A DNA stretch of 64,000 bases, taken from IMG/VR virus record IMGVR_UViG_3300021364_003460, positions 1-64,000 of that record; one strand, written 5' to 3'. A program made the position numbers and the translations under genes. Shown here piece after piece: positions 20,810-31,161 of this stretch (position 1 is its first letter; each line of letters opens with the position of its first letter). The stretch is from a virus. The notes under the pieces are model-generated. The model saw only the letters and a list, made by a program, of their open reading frames with translations, made no database searches and was not told the origin of the DNA.

Positions 20810-21908
20810 AGCAGAAGATGAAGGTGTAGATATCTGGATTAAGGTATCTTGTAGAGCAGCTAACTTAGAGAAAGCTAACAAACTAAGTTTTCTTTACTTT
20901 GAAAATGGAGATATTAGAGGGCTTGAAGATGAAGAAGGTAATATTTATGTTCCTCACTTAGCTTTAGATGTGAATAGTGGAGAAGACTTATTAAAGTCTG
21001 AAAAGGAAATAGAAGATAAATTGGGTTTACAAATTGTTGACTATGTAAAGTATGGAATTAGTGAAGTTTACTGAAGATGATAATTAATGAAAGCCAACAA
21101 ATAGATGTCTGGATAAAAGCTACATTACATATAGCAGACTTAAAGAAAGCTAAACAGTTATCTTTAGAATATGATATGTATGAAAAACCTACCTCACTAT
21201 TAATAGATAATAAAGAGTGGAGTCCTGCTATATGCTTTCATAATATTAAAGATGAAACTGAACCTGTAATCTTTTCTGATGATGAAATGAAAACAGAGTT
21301 AGGTTTAGTCATAAGAGAATACAAGGAAATTAAATTAAGTGAGGTTTACTAATGATTATTTGTATTTGGGAAAACTCTGCTTCTTGGGATGAATACGCAA
21401 AACCATATTTGTTAAATACAGAAAAATTAACTAATCAAAAATTAAAATCTATTTTAGAAACAGCCTCTAATGATGATATTCTCTTTTCCTATGATGAGCT
21501 AAAAGGATTAACTTGTGATAAAGAAAATAACTGGCTTCCTAAAATTAAAGAAGATGTTCAGCAATCTATAGTATATCCACCTCAAACAGTAAATAAATTG
21601 TTAACAATAGGATTTGAGGGTTACTAATGATTATTTGCATTACAGAAAACTCTCCTTATTGGGATGCTTATGGTATTCCTTATCTAATAGATACTTCTAA
21701 ACTTGATAAAGCTAGTTGGTTTAGGAAGTTATTAGAAGAGACTACAGAAAAATCTATCGTGTTAAAAAAAATAAACAAAATTAAACCATCTTTTGACTCA
21801 TATAGTTATCATGATTGGTTTACTTCTCTTGTTTATGAAGACATACAGCAAGCTATAGTTGAGCCGCCTCAAATGGTAGATAAATTACTTAGTATAGTAT
21901 TTGAATAA
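20802..21908 (+). other. two tandem pairs of paralogous small ORFs (20802-21074 with 21077-21352; 21352-21627 with 21627-21908)
   Basis: D(I/V)WIK...L.KA..LS...(I/L)SEVY shared by pair 1; MIICI.ENS..WD.Y..PYL..T.KL...EDxQQ.IV.PPQ.V.KLL shared by pair 2. Confidence 0.75.
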
Positions 21909-22255
21909 AATGAATTGGACTTTTCTTTACTACAGTAATACTAACTGTATTGCTAGTTTCAAAAGAAGACATAACATAGAAAGAGATGGATTTACTCCTT
22001 GTATGTCAATAGATTATGGAGACTGTATTGAAGATATATACAAAGATATTAAAGGAGACTGCTATAGAGAGATTGTGTATACTGACAACACTGAATGTAG
22101 ATTATATAAGAAAATAAATATTAGATGACAAAGTAATCCCACTACTTATGTAATTGAACATAGTAGTCTCTTCAATTACGTCAATTTAAAGTCCTGTAAT
22201 CAACTGGTTTTTTGTTTAGAGAACTACAGGCAACTGTTGAATTCAAATTTTATTA

Positions 22256-22684
22256 ATGATTAAAAAACTAATTTCAATTGTATTATCTACAAGTTTAAGT
22301 TTAAGTGCAGTTAACTTAGCAAATATACTGCCAGCAGAAGCTCACCATACTAGAAATTATAAGTTAAGAAGAGCAGTTAGAAGTAATTCATCTCAAGTGG
22401 GTATAGCCTCATGGTATGGTCATAATGATGGTTATCATGGTAGAAAGACTGCTAATGGAGAAAGGTTTAATAAATGGGGTAATACAGCAGCACATAGATA
22501 CCTCCCCTTTGGAACTAAAGTAAAAGTAACCAACCTCAATAATGGTAAATCAACTGTAGTTAGAATAACAGATCGTGGACCGTTTATTAAGAACAGAATA
22601 TTAGATTTATCTTATGGTAGTTTTAGTAAAATAGCTCCAGTAAACCAAGGACTTATTAGAGTTAGAATTGAGAGAGTAAAGTAA
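22256..22684 (+). CDS. rlpA: RlpA-family lytic transglycosylase (DPBB) with signal peptide
   Basis: GIASWYG, GRKTANGERF, TAAHRYLPFGT.VKVTNLNNGK, VRITDRGPF, ILDLS. Confidence 0.92.
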   Translation: MIKKLISIVLSTSLSLSAVNLANILPAEAHHTRNYKLRRAVRSNSSQVGIASWYGHNDGYHGRKTANGERFNKWGNTAAHRYLPFGTKVKVTNLNNGKSTVVRITDRGPFIKNRILDLSYGSFSKIAPVNQGLIRVRIERVK

Positions 22685-22690
22685 AAATTA

Positions 22691-22716
22691 GGAGGGGCTA
22701 ATTACAGCCCTCTTTT
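22691..22716 (+). terminator. intrinsic terminator
   Basis: GGGGCT-aattac-AGCCCT-CTTTT after the rlpA stop; the same loop occurs at 52819-52824. Confidence 0.65.
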
Positions 22717-22719
22717 AGT

Positions 22720-23384
22720 AAGGAGAGTTAACATGAAAGTTTTCAACACAAAAGATGACTTTGTAATAGGTTGTGGAAAAAGAGTTAATCCTAGAAGTAT
22801 GTACTATTTACGTATTAGTAAGTTATACAGATTAATAGATATTAAACTTTTACCTTGTTGGCAATTAAGAGTATAGTTTTACAGTCAATTAGTTCCTGCT
22901 GTAGAAAAAGGTATGGGATCTGGTCTTTTAAAGGACTAGGTTTACAAATAGAAATAGATAAAATTTACATCCTTAAGGGAGGTTTACATGAACATAACTA
23001 TTAAAATTGATGCTCCTAAATTTAAGATAGGAGATTATATTAAGTTTACTAACAGATGTATTGCTGAAGTATATGATTACAATATTGAAGTTTACTCTGA
23101 GTTTAGTTTAAGAAAAGATAAATTAAATGTAGGAAGTCAAGAAGCTTATTATACCTTAGTTGTGCAAGAAAGTTACTGTGATAACTTAATACCTTCTGAT
23201 ATATTGCTATTTAGTAACTTAAAAGTTGATAATGAAGGTAAGAAAATAGAATACACTGGTAAAAGATTTAAACCCAAGGTTGCTTACAACTATAATAAAT
23301 AAAGTCTACTAAAATGTCTGCTGGTATGCATTATCATAAGCTTCTTGAGTGTGACTCCATTGCCAAGTCATGTTAACTCTCCTT
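22720..23384. repeat. 17-bp perfect inverted repeat pair (22720-22736 / 23368-23384)
   Basis: AAGGAGAGTTAACATGA and its reverse complement TCATGTTAACTCTCCTT. Confidence 0.8.
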
Positions 23385-23911
23385 TATATAATGCTTCAGA
23401 ATTAAGAGAATGCACTAATGGAGGACATGAAGCATACATCTGTCCTTATGGTTGCCACCAAATTTCCTTTGATAGAGAGGTATTACATGAATAAACAATC
23501 AGTTATCTTAACTAAGTGGGTTACAGATTCTAATACTCTATTAGAAGATTACTCTCAATTGATTTTACTAATAGAGCAGCTTTATGAAGTGCACTTACCA
23601 GAAAGTAGAACCTCAGAATTATTAAATCAGATAGACAATATGATAGCTAACTCTGATGTAGGTACTAAGTGGAAATTGACTTTAGAGAAGGTTGAAGAAT
23701 GAATGAAGTAATAGCTGAAGAATTAATGAATCAAATTGAGGGGTTAAAACTTATAGAGTATAGTTCAGGTTGGAAGTGGGAGTATAAGGAAAGAGCATTG
23801 TGTGAGTATTACAGTGAAAGCCTTCTTGATGCCTTTATAGACTTTACTAAAACAATCTTAGAACTAAATGATAAGTTAACTAGTGGTGACATTTCTTATG
23901 ATGAAGATTAA
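22988..23911 (+). other. three hypothetical ORFs (22988-23302, 23418-23702, 23699-23911)
   Basis: ORF track; strong GGAGG RBS before 22988. Confidence 0.55.
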
Positions 23912-24148
23912 AGTCAAATGGCTGAAAGGAAGTTTTCTTCAAAAGGTTGATTTTTCATTTTTAGCTAACTAAAGGGTAGGTTACTGGAAGTGAGAGAACT
24001 AAGGAAAGAGAGATGAGATAGAGGAGACTGAGAGAAGGAAGACTGAAGAAGAGAAGAGTAAGAAGAAGTAGAGATATAGTAGATACGTTAATAGGCTAGA
24101 ACCCATACACAGTAAGGATTTCAGCCTAAAAACACAGTTTTGTAGCTT

Positions 24149-25648
24149 TTATAAAAATGGTTTTTCTTCTAATATGGCATACTTCAAACCTGACTCTTTT
24201 CTAGCATAATCAATAGCTTCTTCAGGTATTTTGCCTATAACTATTAAGCCATCATGCTGATTGTTTAAACAAGTAAAATTGTATTGTTTACTAACTACTG
24301 TTAAGTGGTGAATAAACGCAGCTTCTCCCCCTTGAAGTAAAAAAGCACAAAGTTTTCTTTTAAACTTGACTAAATCTTTCCACTTACCATTATCAGTTTT
24401 AAAATCACTAATACATAAAGTCATTCCAGTTCTGTTAACTAAATACTGATTACCATGCTTGTTAACAGCAGTTATAGGGATATAATCATTAATTAACCAC
24501 TCTTTCCATTTATCAAGACTTTTAATTAAGGGTTGTACTACCTCATAAAATCTAAAGTAGTATTTTAAAGCTAACTCTTCATCACCTTTAGCCTCCTGTA
24601 GTAAATAGTTTAATATAGAAATATCTTCAGAACACATTTCTTTATTTACTTTAGTAGGTAAATAAGCATTCATTACTAAAGATAGAAAGCAGCTTTTCCA
24701 ACAATCTATTGAGATATTTACAGCCTTAGCGTAATCAGACTTGGATCTACTTAAATAAGTGTGCAGCCAAAAAGAGTCTATATTGGCAAACTCAAACCAT
24801 TGAATTAAACCATATACTTGACTTGATTTAAGATCATAGTTTCTAATTCCAGGTATGTTACTAAAAGCTACTGCTTTCATTTCTCTAGTACAACTTTGCA
24901 TTCCGCCTCATATTTCTGATATTCTTCCTGACATTTGCACTTCATAGCTAGGATGATATTCTATTAGCCCTTTTTCTAATAACTTAATATCTGTTTGCCT
25001 TAAGTTATCATAACAAGATTTATTATTTATATATCTATAATTTTCTTTACTATTTTTACCTGACCATACTGCGTCCACATATAATCCCACAAGATGATCA
25101 GTAACAGCAGAGTCATTAATTATACAACTTTCTATAGATAAAATTGAATCCTTAATTAACTTAGGAATATTCTTTACAGTATTATCCTTTTCTATAGTAA
25201 ACTTATGTCTTTTGAATACTTTCATTTTATGAGTAGTCATTAAATTGTAATACTCACAGTCAACAAAGTCTTTAGTATGATGAGGAAATTCATCTAATAT
25301 TTTTTGAGCTATTTGAAGATTTACTCTAAATTCTCTACTGAGTCCTCTCAGTTTAGAGTAGTCTTGCTCTACTCCATCTATAACACCAATAACTTTAACT
25401 TCAATTAGATTATCTTCTTTAAGTTTTTCCCAATTGGGTTTCAATCTGCCCCACTCTTTCTGCATTAATTTAGATCCAACTGGAACCCAACCTTCCTCTT
25501 CTCTTTTAATAGTATGAAGTGTACCAAAGAGAACATGAACAAAGAATTCTTTAGTTGATTTATCATAGTTTTTAAGTAGTTCTAAATGAACGTAATTATT
25601 GACTACTTTTGGAACTCTAAAAGAGTTGATAATATATGATTTAGACAT
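24149..25648 (-). pseudogene. family-A-polymerase-like gene (paralog of 60759-62234) interrupted by one in-frame TGA at 24910-24908
   Basis: Reads ...MSGRISEI*GGMQSCTREMK... in one frame; YDLKSSQ (motif A), WKSCFLSLV (B-like), QGGEA, NQHDGL (motif C). Confidence 0.7.
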
Positions 25649-25685
25649 TATAATTATTATAGATAGTATAATATATGTTTTATAA

Positions 25686-25710
25686 AGAGAGCTACTGAAC
25701 CCAGCTCTCT
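25686..25710. promoter_or_regulatory. hairpin upstream of polA-like gene
   Basis: AGAGAGCT-actgaaccc-AGCTCTCT; related elements at 62293-62321 and 1759-1770. Confidence 0.55.
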
Positions 25711-25771
25711 ATTTTAATAAGTATATAAATTTAATTATACCATTTTGTAATCAAAGAATTAAGGAGGTTAC

Positions 25772-27229
25772 ATGAACATAAACCCAGGAGATTACATACT
25801 AGATACCTCTTTCTTTTGGACATTAGGTAAAGTTACCAAAGTAATTCCAGCAGGTAATTTATGTAATGAAAATTTAGTAGAGTACAAAGAATTTTACTTA
25901 TTTAAAGATAAGATATACAGCAACCTGTATAGACTAGCTAAATTAAAAGATGTTGTACTTTATCATCCAATATTTATAACTAATTTTAAAAACAATTTAG
26001 AGATTATAGAAAAGGTATCTAACCCATGATAGATCCAAATGAAGACTTAGAAAATGCACTAACTTACCTCAAGTTAAAACAAGAAGAATATGACTTCTTA
26101 GATCAAGATATGTCATACACAGATGCTATAGAAGACTTAGAAAATTTTATTGATGAAATGGAGATTGAAGATGAAGAAAATTGAATTCGCAATTAAACAT
26201 TTACAAACTTGTTATTTGAATCACAAACTAAACTTTGCTCACAATAATGAAAGACCTGAAGAAGAACAAGAACTTTTGTTAAGAGGATACCATAAAGCAA
26301 TATTAGATTTAAAAGAGTTACTAAATGAAACTGAGTAATGATGTTAAGTGGAATAAAATTAAGGCTATTGAAAACAAGCTAATTCCTATCTATGCTAAAT
26401 GTGTTCAAAGTAATGCTCTTAAAGGAAAAGAGATAGCCCATAAAATAGCTAAATTAAAAGTCTGGTTACTAGCTAATGAAATCTATGACATTGCTACTGA
26501 AGGGCTAACCTCAGATAGATATGGGGATTCTTTTCCAGAACATCCAGAACATTGGACTTCCCTTTTAAAAAGGATAAATAGAGTAGGTAGTTCTAAATAC
26601 TCAGAAGATAAAATGAAGCAAAAAGTCATAGAAGAATTTTGGGCTGAGTATGACTATACAAACAGTTAACTTCCATACTTTTGTATTAGACTACATTAAA
26701 CAGTTTGAGAATACTTGGGCTTACTATGAATTTGATATACCTGAAATATTCTTATATAACTGGAGTTGGAATAATGCTGAAGAGTTGTTTTTAGTATGGT
26801 TTGACTATTTACAAAATAACCTATTGTGGGATCATCAAATGTCTGCAAGCAAATTATCTGTAATAGGAAAACATAGTAAACATAGAAGAATCATGTCAGC
26901 TTTAAGATGGTCTTACAAGCTAGAAGAGTTATATACTAAGGAGAGTATACATGAGAAACCTAATGATTAGTAATTTATATTTTGAGTTGGCAGCCTACTT
27001 AAAGTGGATGCCTTCTAAAACAAGAAAATTAATATGTTTAGGTCTTTCTCCAAAAGGATATTTAACAGTAATTCCCCATAAAGGCATAACTACTCAAGGT
27101 ATTCTAATAGATAAAGAACCAATTATAAAATACTTTTTATCTAAAGGTTACAAACAAGTGCCTAACAAAAAAGAAGAAAACCCAGAAAAGTTTGAATGGA
27201 AACTTACATTTATAAAAAATGACAACTGA
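25772..27229 (+). other. five hypothetical ORFs (25772-26029, 26150-26338, 26325-26669, 26650-26970, 26951-27229)
   Basis: ORF track; overlapping ends. Confidence 0.55.
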
Positions 27230-27749
27230 ATATAGAATTGATTTAAAAGGAAACTCTCTATACTTTAGTGGAAATATTAATGAGTCTTCTGCACATGACT
27301 TTGTAATTAAGTTAAAAGAATTAGAATACTCAATTCAAGATAAACAAAGTAAAGAATGTAATTTATATCTCTCTTCTCCTGGGGGTAGTGTAGTTTCAGG
27401 TATTAGAATGTATGAAGCTCTTAAATTGTTTAAAGGTAAAATAACTTGTTACACAGAAGGTTTTGTAGCTAGTATGGGGATTATAGTAATGTGTGGGGCT
27501 ACCTGTGTAAAATGTTCTCCTTTAACTACATTTCTAATTCATCAAACAACTTCTTGGTTTGATGGAAAGTTTCATGATAACAAAGCCTTTCTAAATTGGG
27601 TAGAGACTTGTTTAAATTATATGGTAGATATCTACAACAAAAAAACTAAGGGTAAAGTAACTGCTGAAATGTTAAAAGATGAAGTTTACTTAACCGCACA
27701 GCAAGCTCTTGATTTAGGTTTAGTAGATGAAATATTAAACTACTTTTAA
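27219..27749 (+). CDS. clpP: ClpP-like serine protease
   Basis: LYLSSPGGSV, GFVASMG (catalytic Ser), FLIHQ (His), YLTAQQALDLGLVDEI. Confidence 0.88.
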   Translation: MTTEYRIDLKGNSLYFSGNINESSAHDFVIKLKELEYSIQDKQSKECNLYLSSPGGSVVSGIRMYEALKLFKGKITCYTEGFVASMGIIVMCGATCVKCSPLTTFLIHQTTSWFDGKFHDNKAFLNWVETCLNYMVDIYNKKTKGKVTAEMLKDEVYLTAQQALDLGLVDEILNYF

Positions 27750-27801
27750 TTCTTATAAATATCTTATAGTCTATTTAAAAATAGAATAAAAGGATATTAT
27801 T

Positions 27802-28200
27802 TTGGAAGAAAGCGTACTTCAAGAGTGGGTGACTAAGCTGCCTCTTAAAATGCAAACCTGTTTAATAACAGCAATTAGAGGAGGGGATGGATTAGCCTAT
27901 GATGATTTAAGTAAACCTATTATCAGGGCATTAAGAGGGCTAATAGTAAAGTCAACTACTATTAACAATAACTACTCTAGTCTGTCTGTTAGTAAAAGAG
28001 ATATAGAAGCTTTTTGTGAAGACATAGATAGGTATATAGTTCACTTTGTAAGTCACCTCTATCAAGCTATAGAAGTAGTAGGTTATAAACATCCTGACTT
28101 TAAAGTAAGGAACTTTTGGCTACAAGTTTATATTTCTATAGTGGCTGCCTTATGTTTGAAGATAGAAAAAGAAGAAGATTTAGATAGAAGATTAAGATGA
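27802..28200 (+). CDS. conserved phage hypothetical protein
   Basis: SVLQEWV..LP..MQ..LI.AIRG.DG and HF..H...A.EV.GYKHP pattern recalled from phage proteins; function unknown. Confidence 0.55.
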   Translation: MEESVLQEWVTKLPLKMQTCLITAIRGGDGLAYDDLSKPIIRALRGLIVKSTTINNNYSSLSVSKRDIEAFCEDIDRYIVHFVSHLYQAIEVVGYKHPDFKVRNFWLQVYISIVAALCLKIEKEEDLDRRLR

Positions 28201-28371
28201 TAGTAATCAACTTTAAAGAGGAAGCAGAGTATCCTAACTTAAAAGAAGGTCAAGTAGTAGTTTGTACTCAACCTTCTTTTTTTTGTGATGGAACTAAGCA
28301 TACAATAGGTCAAAGGTTTGTAGTAAGTAAAAAAGACTCAGCTTACTTTAGTATATTTTTAGGACAAGGAT

Positions 28372-28848
28372 ATGAACTTTATAATTAAAGTAACTAATAA
28401 AAGGACTGCTGAAGTTATCAAGTTTGATATCCCTTATATTGTTATTTCTATTTACTCTACTAATAGTCAGCCTGCTAAGATTCCTCTACATCCTAAATGT
28501 TTAGATGTATTATCAATCCAATTTGATGATGTTGACTCAGATGACTGGCAGATTGGGTGTAAGAGTATTACAGAAAAGCAAGCTAACCAAATATGGACTT
28601 TTGTAGATTACTACCTACAAAGAAATCACACTAATCCTAAATTAGATAACACTAAGGCAGAACTAATTCTTATTCATTGTAATGCAGGTGTTTGTAGGTC
28701 TCCAGCACTAGCAGCCGCTATCAGTAGAATATACACAGGAGAAGATAAAGAATGGTTTCAGAAACCTTACTTACCTAATATGAAAGTTTACAACACAATG
28801 TTAAAAGTAGAGTTAGCTAAAGAAGTAAATGTACTTATACTTACTTAA
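28372..28848 (+). CDS. Cys-dependent (PTP/dual-specificity-like) phosphatase
   Basis: LIHCNAGVCRSPALAAAI = HCxxGxxRS; upstream FDD loop; PNM motif. Confidence 0.85.
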   Translation: MNFIIKVTNKRTAEVIKFDIPYIVISIYSTNSQPAKIPLHPKCLDVLSIQFDDVDSDDWQIGCKSITEKQANQIWTFVDYYLQRNHTNPKLDNTKAELILIHCNAGVCRSPALAAAISRIYTGEDKEWFQKPYLPNMKVYNTMLKVELAKEVNVLILT

Positions 28849-30304
28849 ATTGAAATCCAAAGAGGATTTGTATCCATACTTTTATTATGTAGACTGTGTG
28901 GTAGCAGCAGATTCTTCAGAAGAAGCTAAAACTATTCATCCTTGTAGTAAATATAGGTGGAGTGGGTTTAACCCTGAAGAACCTTGGGAAACTAAGGAAT
29001 GGAATGACTGTAGAAACAATAGAGATTGGAATGAGTTAACTGAACCTACTTACTTTGAAAGAGTAGATAACTGGACTAATAATCTAGATAATATTAAAGT
29101 TACTTTGCTTGGTAAAGCTGAATCTAATATTTCTAACGGTTTAATAACATCTTCTCACTACAGTTATGATTAAGTTAAAAATGATATGTTGGAGTTTAAT
29201 TGTAGCTGGCTTTATTTTTGGAATGTCAGATAGATGGCTGCAAGCTGACTTAAATAGCCTTGGTATAGCAGCCATATTTAGTGTTTTAGTAATTCCACTT
29301 AACCCCTTATTTAAATAAAGTATGATATTACTTCAATACCGCAGAACTAAGTCTGATAGAGGCTTAGAACTCTGGATTAATGAAACAGGTACATGGTTTA
29401 ACTACAAACAGAGTAAGTATTATAAACCAGAATCTAAAATCTATTCATCTCAAAGTGGGTTTCATACAGCTCAAGTTTACTTAAAGATGGGAGCTAAATT
29501 TATCCCTATTACTCCAGAAGATTATAAAGTACCTGAAGAGAATTAAATTATGATAACAACTAAAAACAAAACTATTATTTTATCTCAAGTAAATAATGGG
29601 AATAAATATATTACTTATATTTGTGAGCAAGATAGGTTTATGTTAGACAAAGAAGACGGTTCTCTTATATATCCAGAAGTCTCTAACTTTAATGCTGCTG
29701 AACTTATAGATATAGGTAGACATTTAGTTAACTTGTGGAGAGAAAACAGTAGAGAACTTCCTATGTTTATTGAACTAAATTTAAATTAATTATTATGAAC
29801 ATTATAAATAAAGTTAAATCAGTAATTTACTCTAAGCAGTTAGCAGATTTAGAATTAAAGTTAGTAGAAATGCAGTCTGCTTACAATACTCTAGATGACA
29901 AAAGAATGGATCTGCATCTAGAGTTAAAAGAGAAAGATAAGTATATTAAAGAGTTAGAAGACAAAGTTAGTAAGTTAACTGCACTTAATTTAGGCAGCAA
30001 TGAATATGTTATTAAATTGCAGGAAGCTTTTCAAACTAAGATTGATGAATTAAAGAAAACTTCAGATGAATTCTTTACATTTTAAATTATGGAAGATTAT
30101 AAATGGTTAGAAGCCTTTAATAAAGAAGACTTAATTAAACTTCTAAATGAGATATTACCTGATTTGTATGCAGAAATAGAAGAGAACAGTAGTTACGGTC
30201 ACTTATCAGGACATTTATACACTATAGATAATATTTTGTATGAATGGCAGGAATCAACACTAGATATACAAAACCCTGAATTAAGAAAAGCTTTTGAAGA
30301 ATAA
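28829..30304 (+). other. five hypothetical ORFs (28829-29173, 29322-29546, 29550-29789, 29795-30085 coiled-coil, 30089-30304)
   Basis: ORF track. Confidence 0.55.
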
Positions 30305-30365
30305 CTAACAATCAGCCTTCTTTTATAGAGGGCTATTTTATTAACTTTATAAAAGGAGGTATTAC

Positions 30366-31160
30366 ATGACTACATTAGTAACTAAAGGAGTTTTTGATGT
30401 ACTGCACTCTAATCATAAAATCTTCCTATCTACTTTAATAGAGAAGTCTAATTGTAACTCTATATTAATACTGTTATCTAATGATGAGAGAGCAGCTTTT
30501 TTTAAAGGTAAAGAGAGACCTTTATTTATTTATGAGTGGAGACAACTAGACTTACATAAATTTATTAGTAAACAGTTTCCTAACATCAGACTTAGATTTA
30601 AGTCTATTAAAGTAGATAAAACTGATGAACAGAGTTTAGGGTTCTATATGAATAATAAACAATACATTATTGGATTAAAAGGTCAGTATAGTTGGCTTAA
30701 AAATCAATATAGAGGTTTAGATAACCTAATACTACTAGAAGAACAATCAGGACATCATACCTCTGATATTAGTAATCTAATTATTAACGGAGAAGAAATG
30801 TCAGGCTGCACCGCAACTAGATCAGCAGCAGTTAGAGTCAGGGATGGTATGATGCAAGAAGTAGGTAGAAATGGTATACAGCTTAGTAATGTAACTAAGA
30901 TATGTCAGCCTACATCCTGTCACAAATGCTCTCCAGGTAGATGTAATTACTATAATGAGACTGAGATTGCTTTAGCTAGTGCTGTACCTGGAGATGACTT
31001 ATTCTTATCTTATGTCCCTGACTTGAGTAGAGCTAAACTAATCTTAGATAGAAAAGTTAATAGAGTAGTTTACTTCAAAGATAGTGACAATAGAGAAGGT
31101 TTAGAATATCTAAAAGCTAATAAAGTTAAAATTAAGAAAGCTGGAGTTTACTATAACTAA
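30366..31160 (+). CDS. fusion of cytidylyltransferase-like (HIGH) domain and degenerate dCMP-deaminase-like domain
   Basis: KGVFDVLHSNH at the N-terminus; C..RSAAV.VRDG...EVGRNG, NETEIA, YVPDLSRAKLI, VNRVVY, GLEYLK at the C-terminus. Confidence 0.65.
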   Translation: MTTLVTKGVFDVLHSNHKIFLSTLIEKSNCNSILILLSNDERAAFFKGKERPLFIYEWRQLDLHKFISKQFPNIRLRFKSIKVDKTDEQSLGFYMNNKQYIIGLKGQYSWLKNQYRGLDNLILLEEQSGHHTSDISNLIINGEEMSGCTATRSAAVRVRDGMMQEVGRNGIQLSNVTKICQPTSCHKCSPGRCNYYNETEIALASAVPGDDLFLSYVPDLSRAKLILDRKVNRVVYFKDSDNREGLEYLKANKVKIKKAGVYYN

Positions 31161-31161
31161 T

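Noticed and set aside
23990-24090. Purine-rich tract as a coding Glu/Arg/Lys-rich ORF
   Set aside because: No ORF of 60 aa or more covers it in the track; treated as non-coding, origin-like DNA
8426-27761. TATAAATA (T4 late-promoter-like) at 8426, 9422, 9814, 14497, 27754
   Set aside because: This A/T-only 8-mer is expected many times by chance at this composition, and no late sigma factor is in the window
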